Source: an uncultured Desulfosarcina sp.
Lineage (GTDB): Bacteria > Desulfobacterota > Desulfobacteria > Desulfobacterales > Desulfosarcinaceae
Direction of reading: 5' to 3'
Assembly: GCA_963674945.2 (NCBI GenBank)
Contig: CAXXWQ010000004.1
Location: 1,728,001-1,792,000, forward strand
DNA length: 64,000 bases
Positions 19,298 through 30,440 of the stretch are shown here, in pieces; the stretch's first letter is position 1; each line of letters starts with the position of its first letter. The notes beneath the pieces are model-generated. The model worked only from the letters and a program-made list of their open reading frames with translations. It was not told the DNA's origin and did not search any database. The translations under genes and the position numbers were made by a program.

Positions 19298-20857
19298 TCA
19301 GGGAAGGTAGATTTTGCAAAGGTCCTGAAAAGAGGAGACCTGGACTTTTTCCCATTTTCGGTCTTTCTGCAGTTCCTTGGCCATCACCGCTGCCACAACC
19401 GGTGCCGCCTCACCGGCAGCCCTGGCATTCAATACCAGGCATCGGGTTCTTCGGGCCAAAACATCTTCCACGGTTCGGGCAGCCTCATAACGTACGGACC
19501 ATAAAATCTCACCGATCCTGGAGGGAAGATCCGGATGTATCTTTTCCTTTTTGGTTGGATCGGCACGCATCATGTCTAAAATGGACGGTGCATCCGATCC
19601 ATAAATTTGATATTCCCCGAATTTCTCGGCAGATTTATGATATCCGTGGATATTCAGATCTTTGGTCACACAGGGCTTGAATTCCAGATTGGCCAGAGAC
19701 ACCGCATGATTCACCGTGAGTTTTGCCATTCGACGGTAGGTGGTCCATTTGCCGCCGGCAACGGTGAGCAATCCGGAATTTGAGATGTGAATATAATGAT
19801 CTCTGGAAAGTTTGGCGGTATTTTTTTCCTCTTCCACCTTCACCAGTGGCCGAATACCGGCAAAAACGCTCAATATATCTTCCCGTGACGGGCTCTTGGC
19901 CAGGTAGGTCCCTGCGGTTTCCAGGAGAAAGTCAATTTCCTCCGACATAGGGCGGGGTTCTAAAGAGACTTCCGGAATGGGGGTGTCTGTGGTACCCACC
20001 AGGGTTTTGCCCATGTAGGGGATGGCGAACATCACCCGGCCGTCACTGGTATGGGGCACCATGATGGCGGATTTGCCGGGAAGAAACGCATTGTCCAGGA
20101 CAAGGTGGATACCCTGGCTGGGAGCAATGATATCGGGTTCCTCGGGATCATCCATGTGAAGGATATGATCGGAAAAGGGACCGGTGGCATTGATGACCAC
20201 TTTGGACAAAACGGTAAATTCCTTTTGGCCTTCCATGTCTTTGAAAACAACGCCGTTGATGAAACCGCTATCGTCTTTGGTCAGCGCCGTTACGGCTGCA
20301 TAGTTGATCAGCGCCGCTCCCTGGTGCGAAGCGGTCCGAGCCAGGTTGAGAAGCAGCCGGGCATCATCAAACTGACCGTCGTAGTAAATGGTTCCACCGC
20401 GCAGACCTTCTTTCCTTATAGTGGGGATGCGCTCCAGTGTCTCATTTTTGGAGAGTGATTTGGAGGTGCCGAAACCGAACTTGCCGGCGAGCATATCATA
20501 GACTTTGAGTCCGATGCCGTAGAACGGCGCTTCCCACCAGTCGTAATTGGGAACAATAAAGGCCAGGTCATGAACGAGATGGGGGGCGTTGTTACGCAAG
20601 ATGCCCCGCTCTCGAAGGGCTTCCATGACGAGTGAGATGTTTCCCTGCTGCAGGTATCGAACGCCACCATGGATAAGTTTTGTGCTCCGGGAAGAAGTGC
20701 CTTTGCCGAAATCATGCTGTTCCAGCAGTAGAATATCATATCCCCGGGATGCGGCATCCACGGCAATTCCCATCCCCGTTGCCCCTCCGCCGATGACAAC
20801 CATATCCCAGAGGGTGGAACGATCTTCGAGTCGGCTGATCATTTCATCGCGATTCAT
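19298..20857 (-). CDS. glpD: FAD-dependent glycerol-3-phosphate dehydrogenase
   Basis: IGGGATG, GTSSRSTKLIHGGVRYL, DGQFDDARL, GGKWTTYR. Confidence 0.93.
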   Translation of the reverse strand: MNRDEMISRLEDRSTLWDMVVIGGGATGMGIAVDAASRGYDILLLEQHDFGKGTSSRSTKLIHGGVRYLQQGNISLVMEALRERGILRNNAPHLVHDLAFIVPNYDWWEAPFYGIGLKVYDMLAGKFGFGTSKSLSKNETLERIPTIRKEGLRGGTIYYDGQFDDARLLLNLARTASHQGAALINYAAVTALTKDDSGFINGVVFKDMEGQKEFTVLSKVVINATGPFSDHILHMDDPEEPDIIAPSQGIHLVLDNAFLPGKSAIMVPHTSDGRVMFAIPYMGKTLVGTTDTPIPEVSLEPRPMSEEIDFLLETAGTYLAKSPSREDILSVFAGIRPLVKVEEEKNTAKLSRDHYIHISNSGLLTVAGGKWTTYRRMAKLTVNHAVSLANLEFKPCVTKDLNIHGYHKSAEKFGEYQIYGSDAPSILDMMRADPTKKEKIHPDLPSRIGEILWSVRYEAARTVEDVLARRTRCLVLNARAAGEAAPVVAAVMAKELQKDRKWEKVQVSSFQDLCKIYLP

Positions 20858-20898
20858 CTGACAAACTCCTTACCTTCCAGAAATGAAAGTGGCAGGCA

Positions 20899-21960
20899 TC
20901 AGGAATAGACCAGGTTAAGACTGATGGGCGGGTATTTGCTGACGCCGGGCTTGGGCAATACATGCTGGTCGCCAACGGCGAGCCAGTTCACATCCGGATT
21001 GATCTCCCGCAGTTTTCCGTCTTCCGGTGGACGGGAATGGGTGGTGTAGGCATAGGTGACCTGGAAAATACACACGTGATACCTGCCCTTTGTCGCCACG
21101 ACATAATTCTTTTTGAAAATGCGGGGAGACAACTGCTGGGATTCGGCAATCTGCCGGAGTTCATCGTTGGAGAGCTGAACCAGGACCGCCTTGGATACGC
21201 CTCTTTCAGAAAGCCGGTAGAGTGCACGGGATTCACTACTTCCGGCATATATGGTCGAAATGCAGGGGACGCGTTTCAGGTACTGGGCCGCCGTCATGGC
21301 AGCCGTGCGCCGCCCGCCCACCATCATCGGCATTCCGTAGTACTCGAAAAGCTTTCGCTGAACCAGTTCGGCGTATTTGTCGCCCTTTTCATACAGGTCC
21401 TTTGATATATACCGCAGGTTCTGGGCCAGATCTTCCGCCGCATCTGCGATGGGCCAATCGATTCTCACATGATAATGGGTAAGGCTATAGCGGTTACTGG
21501 CTCGGGTGACGGGATCACGCTGAATCAACAAAGCATAATCCACGGGCAAGAGAAGTTTTAAAAAATCGTAAAAATGAACCGAATCGATATATCTGTGCGA
21601 TCGGTCGAACTGGTCGGGCAGGGGCAGCGCCTTGTTCTGGATCAGATTGGTCTTCGTGGGTTTGTTTACATTGAAGAAACGAATATACTTTTTATGGACG
21701 GCGGGAATGATGTCTTCGACGAAAATCACGAGAAATGTTTTCTGACATTCGTATTCGATCCCCGGAATCCTCGCCCGGGGTTTGAGTTCTCTCTTCTCGA
21801 TAAAGGGATATGCAAGATTGCGTTCTTGGAACTGATTGTAAGATTGGATCAGGGCGTAATCCAGCATGAACTGGTCCAATTCGTCCCTGAGCAGCTCATA
21901 ATAGGAACGCCGAAGGCGATTGAACTGGCTTAGTTCTTCTCGTACGCTCCAAAATGCCAC
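20899..21960 (-). CDS. Hypothetical protein
   Basis: 353-aa ORF, RBS GGAGGG before GTG, co-oriented between neighbours. Confidence 0.75.
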   Translation of the reverse strand: MAFWSVREELSQFNRLRRSYYELLRDELDQFMLDYALIQSYNQFQERNLAYPFIEKRELKPRARIPGIEYECQKTFLVIFVEDIIPAVHKKYIRFFNVNKPTKTNLIQNKALPLPDQFDRSHRYIDSVHFYDFLKLLLPVDYALLIQRDPVTRASNRYSLTHYHVRIDWPIADAAEDLAQNLRYISKDLYEKGDKYAELVQRKLFEYYGMPMMVGGRRTAAMTAAQYLKRVPCISTIYAGSSESRALYRLSERGVSKAVLVQLSNDELRQIAESQQLSPRIFKKNYVVATKGRYHVCIFQVTYAYTTHSRPPEDGKLREINPDVNWLAVGDQHVLPKPGVSKYPPISLNLVYS

Positions 21961-22035
21961 GTCGACCCCTCCCCGATCGCATTGTCATCAGATCTTCTTG
22001 TGATTAGGTATAGTTATCACGAATACGATTGTGGG

Positions 22036-22752
22036 TCAACGGCTGCCGGGTGCTTTTCCATTCAGTTTTTCCACCGCGCGATAGATTCGATCCCGATAGC
22101 GGATACACAGGTAGGCAACCAGCAACGTCACCGAAAAAACAATGGCAAACACTACGTAGTTTTTTTCGAACAAAAAGTGCCCCTGAACACTCAACATGAG
22201 GGTTCCCGGCATTCTGCCGATGGAAGCAATGAACAAAAAAGCCTTGAGAGGAAGTGCCGTGATGCCTAAAAAAAGGCAAAGGTAGTCCTTGGGAAACCCC
22301 GGAAAAACAAAGAGAATGGAAAGCACGATGATTCCCTGCCGTTTGACCAGATGGTCGAATCGCTTGCGCTTTTCATCGGGAATCCAACGCCTCACGAAAT
22401 GACTGCCCAGGTATCGACCGATACCAAAATTGATCCACGAGCCGATGGCGAGCGCAAGGCTCGAATACAAAAAGCCCTTTCCCCAGCCAAATATGTACCC
22501 GCCGATGAATCCGGTGACCTCTCCCGGAACGGGGGCGATGATCACCTGAAGCATTTGAAGCGCCATGAACGCCAATGGCGCTCCATCACCAAAGGCGGTG
22601 ACGAAATGCTCCACCTCATCCCGATCCGAGATCCAACCATATGCGACCATCAATCCCGTCCCGATTTCATGGCGGAAATAGATGACCGGCACCAATGCCA
22701 CGAACAGCACACCGCCGATCCAGTAACGCTTCCTATGTTTCCCGGCTTTCAA
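22036..22752 (-). CDS. TVP38/TMEM64 (VTT/DedA-like) membrane protein
   Basis: [27 protein letters not shown]. Confidence 0.88.
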   Translation of the reverse strand: MKAGKHRKRYWIGGVLFVALVPVIYFRHEIGTGLMVAYGWISDRDEVEHFVTAFGDGAPLAFMALQMLQVIIAPVPGEVTGFIGGYIFGWGKGFLYSSLALAIGSWINFGIGRYLGSHFVRRWIPDEKRKRFDHLVKRQGIIVLSILFVFPGFPKDYLCLFLGITALPLKAFLFIASIGRMPGTLMLSVQGHFLFEKNYVVFAIVFSVTLLVAYLCIRYRDRIYRAVEKLNGKAPGSR

Positions 22753-23949
22753 TTACCTGTCCGTCAATGCCGCCACACCGGGAAGCGTCTTTCCCTCCAG
22801 AAACTCGAGGGAGGCCCCACCACCGGTGGAGACATGGGACATCTGATCTGCCAAACCGGCCTTTTCCACCGCTGCGGCCGAATCCCCTCCGCCGATTATC
22901 GTTACGGCCCCGCCGCTGGTGGCTTCTGCCAGAACCCGGGATACAGCCAGGGTTCCACCGGCCGTCTCCTCGATCTCAAAAACCCCCATGGGCCCGTTCC
23001 ACACGATGGTTTTTGCTCCATTCAGAATCTCCTTGAATCGGGCAACACTGGCCGGCCCGATGTCCAAGGCGATGTCATCCGCAGCGATGGCCGCCGCGGT
23101 CTTGGATTCAAGAGCGCCGACGGTTCTATCATCGAAGTTGAATTGCTTGCTGCACAGGCAATCCACGGGAAGTATCAGCTTCTCCCCCCCTTTTTCCATC
23201 AGGGATCGGGCGAGGTCTATTTTGTCGGATTCCAGCAGGGATTTTCCGATTTCCAGTCCCTGGGCCGCAAAAAAGGTGTAGGCCATACCGCCACCTATGA
23301 TCAGACGATCCACCTTGGGCAGAAGGGCGTCGATCACATCGATCTTACCGGAAATCTTCGCTCCTCCGAGTATTGCGATAAATGGGTGTTTGGGATTTTC
23401 CACCGCATCGCCGAGGTAGGCGAGCTCCTTTTCCATGAGATATCCCATGGCGCATCGGTCGATAAAATGCGTCACCCCTTCGGTTGAGGCATGGGCACGG
23501 TGGGCCGTTCCGAATGCATCGTTCACGTAAAGATCGGCCAGCGCGGAAAGGGCCTTCGCAAATTCCTGGTCGTTGTCCGTCTCCGCCTTGTAAAATCGAA
23601 GGTTTTCCAAAAGCAGCACCCCTCCGGAAGAGAGCGCCGCCACGGCCTCCTCGGCCACCGGCCCGATACAATCTTCTGCAAAGGCCACCGGCTGGTCCAG
23701 CAGAGAAGAGAGAACGTCCGCACACGGTCCAAGGGAGAGTTCCGGCACCCGCTTTCCCTTTGGACGGCCCAGATGGGACATGAGAATCAACCGCCCCTTT
23801 CGGGCAAGGATCTCCTTGATGGTGGGCAGCGCCGCCCGAATACGCTTGTCGTTCGCCACTTTTCCCTTTTCCAACGGGACATTGAAATCCACTCGCATGA
23901 GCACCCGACGATCCGCCACGTCTAGATCGGAAATTGTAAGTTTGGCCAT
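22753..23949 (-). CDS. pgk: Phosphoglycerate kinase
   Basis: [44 protein letters not shown]. Confidence 0.98.
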   Translation of the reverse strand: MAKLTISDLDVADRRVLMRVDFNVPLEKGKVANDKRIRAALPTIKEILARKGRLILMSHLGRPKGKRVPELSLGPCADVLSSLLDQPVAFAEDCIGPVAEEAVAALSSGGVLLLENLRFYKAETDNDQEFAKALSALADLYVNDAFGTAHRAHASTEGVTHFIDRCAMGYLMEKELAYLGDAVENPKHPFIAILGGAKISGKIDVIDALLPKVDRLIIGGGMAYTFFAAQGLEIGKSLLESDKIDLARSLMEKGGEKLILPVDCLCSKQFNFDDRTVGALESKTAAAIAADDIALDIGPASVARFKEILNGAKTIVWNGPMGVFEIEETAGGTLAVSRVLAEATSGGAVTIIGGGDSAAAVEKAGLADQMSHVSTGGGASLEFLEGKTLPGVAALTDR

Positions 23950-23958
23950 TGTTCCTCC

Positions 23959-24228
23959 TTACGGTTTCTTTTTCTGCTGCATACTCAGCGCCTTCTTCCG
24001 GGACCATCGCTCGAAAAAACCGAGCCGGCCGGACTGGTACGCCCGGTCCACCATCTCCTGCCGAACGGAAATACCGCCCTTTTGCCCCATGGCTTTTCTC
24101 AGGCATTCGGTTTTATAATAACAGGGCATGCAGGACTCCGGCGTGTTCCGCAACCCGTCTTCGCCCATGGGAAAGACGGTTTCCAAGTCTCCATAACAGG
24201 GGGGGAATTTTTTCGAAGGATCGGTCAT
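23959..24228 (-). CDS. Small Cys-containing hypothetical protein
   Basis: PPCYG...CMPC...EC; co-oriented directly upstream of pgk. Confidence 0.75.
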   Translation of the reverse strand: MTDPSKKFPPCYGDLETVFPMGEDGLRNTPESCMPCYYKTECLRKAMGQKGGISVRQEMVDRAYQSGRLGFFERWSRKKALSMQQKKKP

Positions 24229-24343
24229 TGTTTTATTCTCAAGATAAGACGACTCGTGTAAATGGAATCCAAGATGAGCCGCTGGCTGTTAGCAATCCAG
24301 ATCAGCGAACGTTCAACTTCGAACTTCGATCAAAATGAATATC

Positions 24344-25087
24344 TTACGCAGGCGAACGTCCCGCCGATTCGGTTACCTCTCCTTTCAGGCGGGCCATGTG
24401 CCCGTGGTCGGCGAAACTGAAGTACCCATCGGCACCGATGATCAGGTGTTCATGTACGGTGATGCCCATCAGGTCGCATGCCTGTATCAGCTTTCGCGTG
24501 ATGGCCATGTCGTCGGAGGATGGCGCCGGATCACCCGAGGGATGGTTGTGGGCGAAGATCAGCGCGGCCGCGGAATGAGACATGGCGGCTTTGACCACTT
24601 CCCGGGGATAGACGACACTCGCGGTCACCGTACCGGTGAAAAGAATTTCGTCGGCGATCACCCGATTTTTCGCGTCCAGGTAGATGGCGACGAAACACTC
24701 CCTTTTCCGGTCCCGAATAGTGAGATTGAGGTAATCAAACAACTCGCGTGAATTGCTCAGGGTGGTCTTTCCATCCAGCCGTTGCCGGAGGTACCGCCGG
24801 GAAACCGCTGGAATCAGTTTGAGACCGAACAGGTTCTTGGGGCCGATCCCCGGCACGCTGCAAAGATCACCCGGCTCTGCTTCCAGAACCGCCTGAAGGG
24901 TTTTGAACCGGTTCAGGGCCGATTTTGCTGCCGCCTTGCAATCCTTTCGAGGCGTCCCCAACGTCAGTAAAAGCTCGATGACTTCGTAATCGTGAAAGCC
25001 ATCCAAGCCGTACCGGAGGAAACGGTCACGCAACCGTTGACGGTGCCCCGCCCCCTTGTGTGCCGGTTTTTTCTCCTTGTCTGCCAC
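24344..25087 (-). CDS. radC: RadC-family JAB/MPN protein
   Basis: GHRQRLR, HhH VPGIG, VYPREV, AHNHPSGDPAPSSDD, HEHLII; GTG start at 25087 has an RBS. Confidence 0.93.
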   Translation of the reverse strand: MADKEKKPAHKGAGHRQRLRDRFLRYGLDGFHDYEVIELLLTLGTPRKDCKAAAKSALNRFKTLQAVLEAEPGDLCSVPGIGPKNLFGLKLIPAVSRRYLRQRLDGKTTLSNSRELFDYLNLTIRDRKRECFVAIYLDAKNRVIADEILFTGTVTASVVYPREVVKAAMSHSAAALIFAHNHPSGDPAPSSDDMAITRKLIQACDLMGITVHEHLIIGADGYFSFADHGHMARLKGEVTESAGRSPA

Positions 25088-25150
25088 CGGTCTCTCCCTT
25101 GGCAAAACCTACAGCGGCAAGCTCGACAATCACCCATTTAGGTTGAACCG

Positions 25151-26185
25151 TCAGGTTTCGTCCAGTTCTCCCTTTAGATCCCGCGTCATCAGCTGAAACA
25201 AGGCGGTTTTGGGATCGAGGTCGTCGTAGAGCACATGATAAACGGCGTGACAAATGGGCATCTCTACGCCCAATTTTCTGGAAAGATTATATACGGATCG
25301 GGCGGTCTTTACCCCTTCGGCCACCATGTGCATCTTTTCCAGCAGATCCCCGAGTTTTTTCCCCTCGCCGATCTGTTTGCCGATGGTGTGGTTGCGACTC
25401 AGGTCGCCGGTGCAGGTAAGGATGAGGTCCCCGGCACCGGCCAGACCGGTGAAGGTGCGGGGCTGGGCATCCAATGCCAACCCCAATCGTCGCAGTTCCA
25501 CCAGCCCTCTCGTGATCAGGGCGGCACGGGTGTTGAGCCCCAGGCCGAGTCCATCGATAACGCCGGCGGCGATGGCGATGACGTTTTTCACCGCCGCTCC
25601 CAATTCGGCACCGATCATATCGTTGATGGTGTATACCCGGAAATAGGGGGTGGCGAAAACCTGCTGGACCGTCTCGGCCGTGTCGATGTCACGGGACGCG
25701 ACGGTCACCAGGGTAGGCACCTCACGGGCCACCTCCTTGGCAAAGCTGGGACCGGTCAAGACAGCCAGACGATCCGGTGACAGTCCGGGAATGACCTGGG
25801 CCAAGACGCCGGACATGGTCAGGTGGGTCTGGTTTTCGATTCCCTTGGAAGCGCTGACAACGATGGTACGAGGATCGATGGCATGGCCGCATTGCTCCAA
25901 GGTCCGGCGGGTGACATGGGAGGGTGTCACCACCAGGATCAGATCCTTGTCGGTCGCCACCGATAGAAGATCACAGGTGGGATGGAGATTTTCTGAAAGC
26001 GTCACGCCGGGAAGGAAACGCCGATTCTCCCGCTCATCGATCATTTGATCCTTTACATCTTGTTCATATACCCAGTGGTCAACGGAAAATCCTTTTCGTG
26101 CCAGCAAATTGGCCAGGGCGGTTCCCCAGCTTCCGGCACCGACCACGCCGATGTTCATCGTTTGGATATCCACATTCGTCTTCAT
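25151..26185 (-). CDS. gpsA: NAD(P)H-dependent glycerol-3-phosphate dehydrogenase
   Basis: [46 protein letters not shown]. Confidence 0.96.
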   Translation of the reverse strand: MKTNVDIQTMNIGVVGAGSWGTALANLLARKGFSVDHWVYEQDVKDQMIDERENRRFLPGVTLSENLHPTCDLLSVATDKDLILVVTPSHVTRRTLEQCGHAIDPRTIVVSASKGIENQTHLTMSGVLAQVIPGLSPDRLAVLTGPSFAKEVAREVPTLVTVASRDIDTAETVQQVFATPYFRVYTINDMIGAELGAAVKNVIAIAAGVIDGLGLGLNTRAALITRGLVELRRLGLALDAQPRTFTGLAGAGDLILTCTGDLSRNHTIGKQIGEGKKLGDLLEKMHMVAEGVKTARSVYNLSRKLGVEMPICHAVYHVLYDDLDPKTALFQLMTRDLKGELDET

Positions 26186-28659
26186 TGATTCTCATCCTCG
26201 GGGACCGATTCGCCGTTCTCTTCCTCCTTTTCGGCCAGGCCTGCGGCGCTGACCACCCGTTCTTCCTCGTCCATGACGATCAGCCTTACCCCTTGCGTAT
26301 TGCGGCTGATGACCGAGGTACCGGAAACAGGCATACGGATCAGTTTTCCCTTGTTGGTTACAAGCATCAGATCATCGTCGTCCTGGACCAGGATATTGGT
26401 GACGACCTGACCGTTTCGCTCGTTGGTCTTGATGGTGATCACGCCCTTGCCACCGCGCCTGTGGATCGGGTACTCGTCAATAGAGGTCCGTTTGCCGTAG
26501 CCGTTTTCCGTCACGGTGAAAAGGGTCTGACCGTGCTGCAGCACTTCCATGCCCACGACACGGTCCCCTTTGTCCAGGCTCATCCCCCGAACACCGCGCG
26601 CCCCTCTTCCCGTAGGCCTGACATCCGACTCGTGAAAACGAATGGATTTTCCCATGGCGGAACCAAGAAACACGTTCTGGGTACCATCGGACAACTTGGC
26701 CGCGATGAGCTCGTCCCCTTCGGCCAATCCGAGGGCGATGATCCCGCCGGCGCGGGGTCGGCTGAAGGCCATCAGGTCGGTCTTTTTCACCGTACCGTTG
26801 CGGGTTGCCATGAGCACCTGCATGCCCGGTTCGAATTGGGGTACGGCCAATACGGCGGACATCCGTTCCCCTTCGGAAAAATCCAGGAGGTTGACGATGG
26901 CCTTGCCCCGACTCTGCCGGCCGGCCTGGGGGATGTCGTAGACCTTGCACCAGTAGACCCTTCCCCTGTTTGTAAAAAACAAAAAGTTGTGGTGGGTGGA
27001 CGCGATGAAGAGGTGAGAGACGAAATCCTCCTCCTTTGTTCCCATGGCGGTCTTCCCTTTGCCGCCTCGTTTCTGGCTCTGGTACAGGGTTATGGGGTTT
27101 CGTTTGATGTAACCGGTGTTGGAGATGGTCACGACCATATCCTCTTCGGCAATCATGTCTTCGATGGTCAGTTCCCTGGTGTCGGCCAGAATCTGGGTCC
27201 GCCGCTCGTCTTCGAACTCGCCCTTCAAGATGTCCAGTTCGTTTTTGATAATGCCCAGCACCATCACTTCGCTACCGAGAATCTCCTTGTACCGGGCGAT
27301 GTCCTGCAAAACCGCGTCGTACTCCTCTACGATCTTGTCCCGCTCCAGCCCGGTGAGACGCTGGAGGCGCATATTCAGTATTTCCTGTGCCTGAATGGCG
27401 GTAAGATCGAAGCGTTGGATGAGCCGCTCCTTTGCCTCAGCAGGGGTCTTGGACTCGCGGATCAGCTGGACCACCGCATCCAGGTTGTCCAGGGCCACTT
27501 TCAACCCTTCCAGGATGTGGGCACGGGCTTCGGCCTTGTTCAGATCATAACGGGTGCGGCGGATGACGATCTCTTTACGGTGGAGGACAAAATTTTGCAG
27601 GACCTGTTTGAGGGTGAGAATCTGGGGGCGACCGTTGACCACCGCCAGCAGGATGATCCCGAAACTGCTGGCCATCTGGGTGTGTTTGAAAAGCTGATTG
27701 ACGATCACACCTGCCATGTGGTCTTTCTTTACGCCCATGGCGATGCGCATTCCCCGGCGGTCGGACTCGTCTCTTACGTACCGAAGTCCTTCGATGACCT
27801 TATGCTTCATCAGTTCGGCAATCTTCTCGATGAGCCGTGCCTTGTTCACCTGATAGGGAATTTCGGTGACGACGATGGTCTCCTGCCCGGTCTTCTTGTC
27901 CTCCTCGACATCCACCAGGGCACGGCAGCGAACGATGCCCCTTCCGGTCTCGTAGGCATCACGGATCCCGGCAGTCCCGTGAATCGTCCCTGCCGTGGGA
28001 AAATCCGGCCCGGGTATGTGGGACATGAGTTCTCCACAGGTGATCTTTGGATTGTCGATGAGGGCCTTGATGCCTTCGATCACCTCGGAAAGGTTATGGG
28101 GTGGGATGTTGGTGGCCATCCCCACGGCGATGCCGGATGATCCGTTGACCAGAAGGGCCGGGAATTTTGCCGGCAGCACCGAGGGCTCGGTCGTGGACTC
28201 GTCGTAATTGAGCACCATGTTGACGGTCTCTTTGTCCAGATCCTCGAGCATCTCATGGGCCAGTCGCATCATGCGGACTTCGGTGTACCGCATGGCCGCC
28301 GGCGGGTCGCCGTCGATGGAACCGAAGTTGCCCTGGCCGTCCACCAACGGATAGCGCATGGAAAAGTCCTGGGCCATGCGAACGATGGTGTCGTATACGG
28401 CCGTATCGCCATGGGGATGGTACTTACCGATCACGTCACCCACGATGCGGGCCGACTTCTTATAGGGTTTGTTGTAGTCGTTCTTCAATTCCCGCATGGC
28501 GTAAAGGACGCGACGGTGAACGGGTTTGAGCCCGTCGCGTACGTCGGGAAGGGCTCGACCGATGATCACGCTCATGGCGTAATCGAGGTAAGACTTCTTC
28601 ATCTCCGCTTCGATACTGATATTAGGGCTTTGCAGGACTTCGGTGGTGTCGTTACTCAT
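26182..28659 (-). CDS. gyrA: DNA gyrase subunit A
   Basis: [19 protein letters not shown], GyrA-box QKRGGKG, beta-pinwheel repeats. Confidence 0.98.
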   Translation of the reverse strand: MSNDTTEVLQSPNISIEAEMKKSYLDYAMSVIIGRALPDVRDGLKPVHRRVLYAMRELKNDYNKPYKKSARIVGDVIGKYHPHGDTAVYDTIVRMAQDFSMRYPLVDGQGNFGSIDGDPPAAMRYTEVRMMRLAHEMLEDLDKETVNMVLNYDESTTEPSVLPAKFPALLVNGSSGIAVGMATNIPPHNLSEVIEGIKALIDNPKITCGELMSHIPGPDFPTAGTIHGTAGIRDAYETGRGIVRCRALVDVEEDKKTGQETIVVTEIPYQVNKARLIEKIAELMKHKVIEGLRYVRDESDRRGMRIAMGVKKDHMAGVIVNQLFKHTQMASSFGIILLAVVNGRPQILTLKQVLQNFVLHRKEIVIRRTRYDLNKAEARAHILEGLKVALDNLDAVVQLIRESKTPAEAKERLIQRFDLTAIQAQEILNMRLQRLTGLERDKIVEEYDAVLQDIARYKEILGSEVMVLGIIKNELDILKGEFEDERRTQILADTRELTIEDMIAEEDMVVTISNTGYIKRNPITLYQSQKRGGKGKTAMGTKEEDFVSHLFIASTHHNFLFFTNRGRVYWCKVYDIPQAGRQSRGKAIVNLLDFSEGERMSAVLAVPQFEPGMQVLMATRNGTVKKTDLMAFSRPRAGGIIALGLAEGDELIAAKLSDGTQNVFLGSAMGKSIRFHESDVRPTGRGARGVRGMSLDKGDRVVGMEVLQHGQTLFTVTENGYGKRTSIDEYPIHRRGGKGVITIKTNERNGQVVTNILVQDDDDLMLVTNKGKLIRMPVSGTSVISRNTQGVRLIVMDEEERVVSAAGLAEKEEENGESVPEDENQ

Positions 28660-28709
28660 GGTTGGTTTCTATCCTTCTTAGCGCCGCCGGTGAAACACCG
28701 GATTCACCT

Positions 28710-29807
28710 TCATGGCCGGTTCGATGGGGGTTGTGAATGTTCAATTAATTTCTGGTAACTGGAATGATATATATCGGTCAACGTGAGAAAGGCGGTGGCA
28801 ATCAACGGACCGTAAATGATGCCGAGGATACCGAAGATATTAAGACCGCCGATAATAGACAAAAAAACCAGTAGCGTGTGCATCTGAACCCTTTTTCCAA
28901 CCACCCGTGGCTTTAGAATATACTCGACGCCGCCAGACAGCAACAAATAAAAAATCAGGAAAAACAGGCTTGTGGCCACACGACCTTTTAAAAAAAGGAA
29001 AATCACCGTGGGCACGAAGACCACTGCGATACCGACTATGGGCAAAAAGGCCAGAAGGGTCATGATTACCCCCCACAAAAAAGCGGATTGGAGGCCGAAC
29101 AGCCAGAAGAGTACCCCTCCGGCGGTCCCCTGGATGATCCCGCACAACCCGTTGCCCACGAGGATGGCGCCGGCCATGTCGTTGAACTTCTCGATCAGTT
29201 GGGTATCCTGCTCTTCGGGCAATGGTGAAAGGTCCACCAGAAACCGGACCAGTCTCGGGCCGTCTATGAGCAGGAAATAGATCACCAGAAGCATAAGAAA
29301 GAAATTTCCCAAAAGCGCCAGGGTGTTTGACGCAATGGCACGGGCCTGATCGTAAAGGAACAGGCCCACGACCCTGCCGATATCGCTGATGGTCTTGTTT
29401 AATTCCTCTCCGGTAATGGCAATGTCGAAATTGGCCAGGAGCGGATTGATCCGCCCCAAAAGAGCGCTGTTGGTGAAATGAGCGTTGATGAAGCTGGACA
29501 GGGCGGGACTCCGGGCCAGTTGAATCAGTTCGTACGCCTCCTGGGTAATAATGCCCACGAGCAAAACGGTAGGCACGAAGAGGATGAAAAAGATCAGCAG
29601 GCAGGTCAAGAAAGAGGCAAATCCGTTACTGATTTGCTCGAAGTCGGCCAGGAATCTGTAAATGGGATAGTTCGCACCGGCAATGACGGCCCCCATTACG
29701 ATGATGGAAAAAAAGGGGGACAACAGCCACCCCATCAGATAGATCGACAGGAGAAAACAGGCCAGAAAAAACCATAGAATCATATTTTGAGGATTCAGTT
29801 CTTCCAT
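28710..29807 (-). CDS. AI-2E (UPF0118) family transporter
   Basis: Multi-TM; LAFLPIVG, ILKPRVVG, GGLNIFGILGIIYGPL; start MEELNPQ behind GAGGGA. Confidence 0.9.
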   Translation of the reverse strand: MEELNPQNMILWFFLACFLLSIYLMGWLLSPFFSIIVMGAVIAGANYPIYRFLADFEQISNGFASFLTCLLIFFILFVPTVLLVGIITQEAYELIQLARSPALSSFINAHFTNSALLGRINPLLANFDIAITGEELNKTISDIGRVVGLFLYDQARAIASNTLALLGNFFLMLLVIYFLLIDGPRLVRFLVDLSPLPEEQDTQLIEKFNDMAGAILVGNGLCGIIQGTAGGVLFWLFGLQSAFLWGVIMTLLAFLPIVGIAVVFVPTVIFLFLKGRVATSLFFLIFYLLLSGGVEYILKPRVVGKRVQMHTLLVFLSIIGGLNIFGILGIIYGPLIATAFLTLTDIYHSSYQKLIEHSQPPSNRP

Positions 29808-29985
29808 GCTTCCCTCACCGACCGGTGTGTATCGATTTGACTGTGTGGTTAGGCGCGATCCGAACGAAATCTGCGCAAACGCCTTTTCGTAGGGGAATGG
29901 AGGCATTTGCGCAGAATGTAGGTTGAATTTGTCAGACTCGGAAGGTCAATTGTCAACCGTTACCGACAGGTGTATGCCGGGTGGT

Positions 29986-30141
29986 TTATCTGCTGATGAT
30001 GGCACCGGCAGTTAGATAGAGCAATATCTCGTAGATGGTGACGGGGATATAGCTGCCGGCAAATCCGTAAACGATTCCGCCACCAATGATCGCAGGAACG
30101 CCGAAGAAAACGAGAATTCCCAATTTCCTACTGATATTCAT
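29986..30141 (-). CDS. Small two-TM membrane protein (51 aa)
   Basis: RBS AGGAGA before MNISRKLGILVFFGVPAIIGGGIV. Confidence 0.6.
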   Translation of the reverse strand: MNISRKLGILVFFGVPAIIGGGIVYGFAGSYIPVTIYEILLYLTAGAIISR

Positions 30142-30440
30142 ACTCAATTCTCCTGTTTTTATATAATGGATAGCGGATTGTTTACCTCGTCGAAACCAGA
30201 GGTTGTCTAACAATAACGATCGAGAAAGTAAAGGAAAAAGTCGCGACTCTCGACAATGGCAATGTCCAAATACGGTCAGCCTGCCCACCGTGTCTTGATT
30301 ATTGGAGGGACTGCTGGTACACATGTTGCGTAAATATGGAGTCCCGACTGACAAAACAATTCATAGGGACTTTAACGTCGAACTTCCAACATCGAAGGTT
30401 GAATGAACTGCAATTACGCACCAATGGTACACCAAGCCAT

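Noticed and set aside
24344..25087. RadC/JAB gene as a mobile-element or CBASS component
   Set aside because: Full-length HhH-containing RadC in a housekeeping gyrA-gpsA-pgk context
25924..28140. 738-aa plus-strand ORF
   Set aside because: Antisense shadow of gyrA caused by GC-rich codon bias; no motifs
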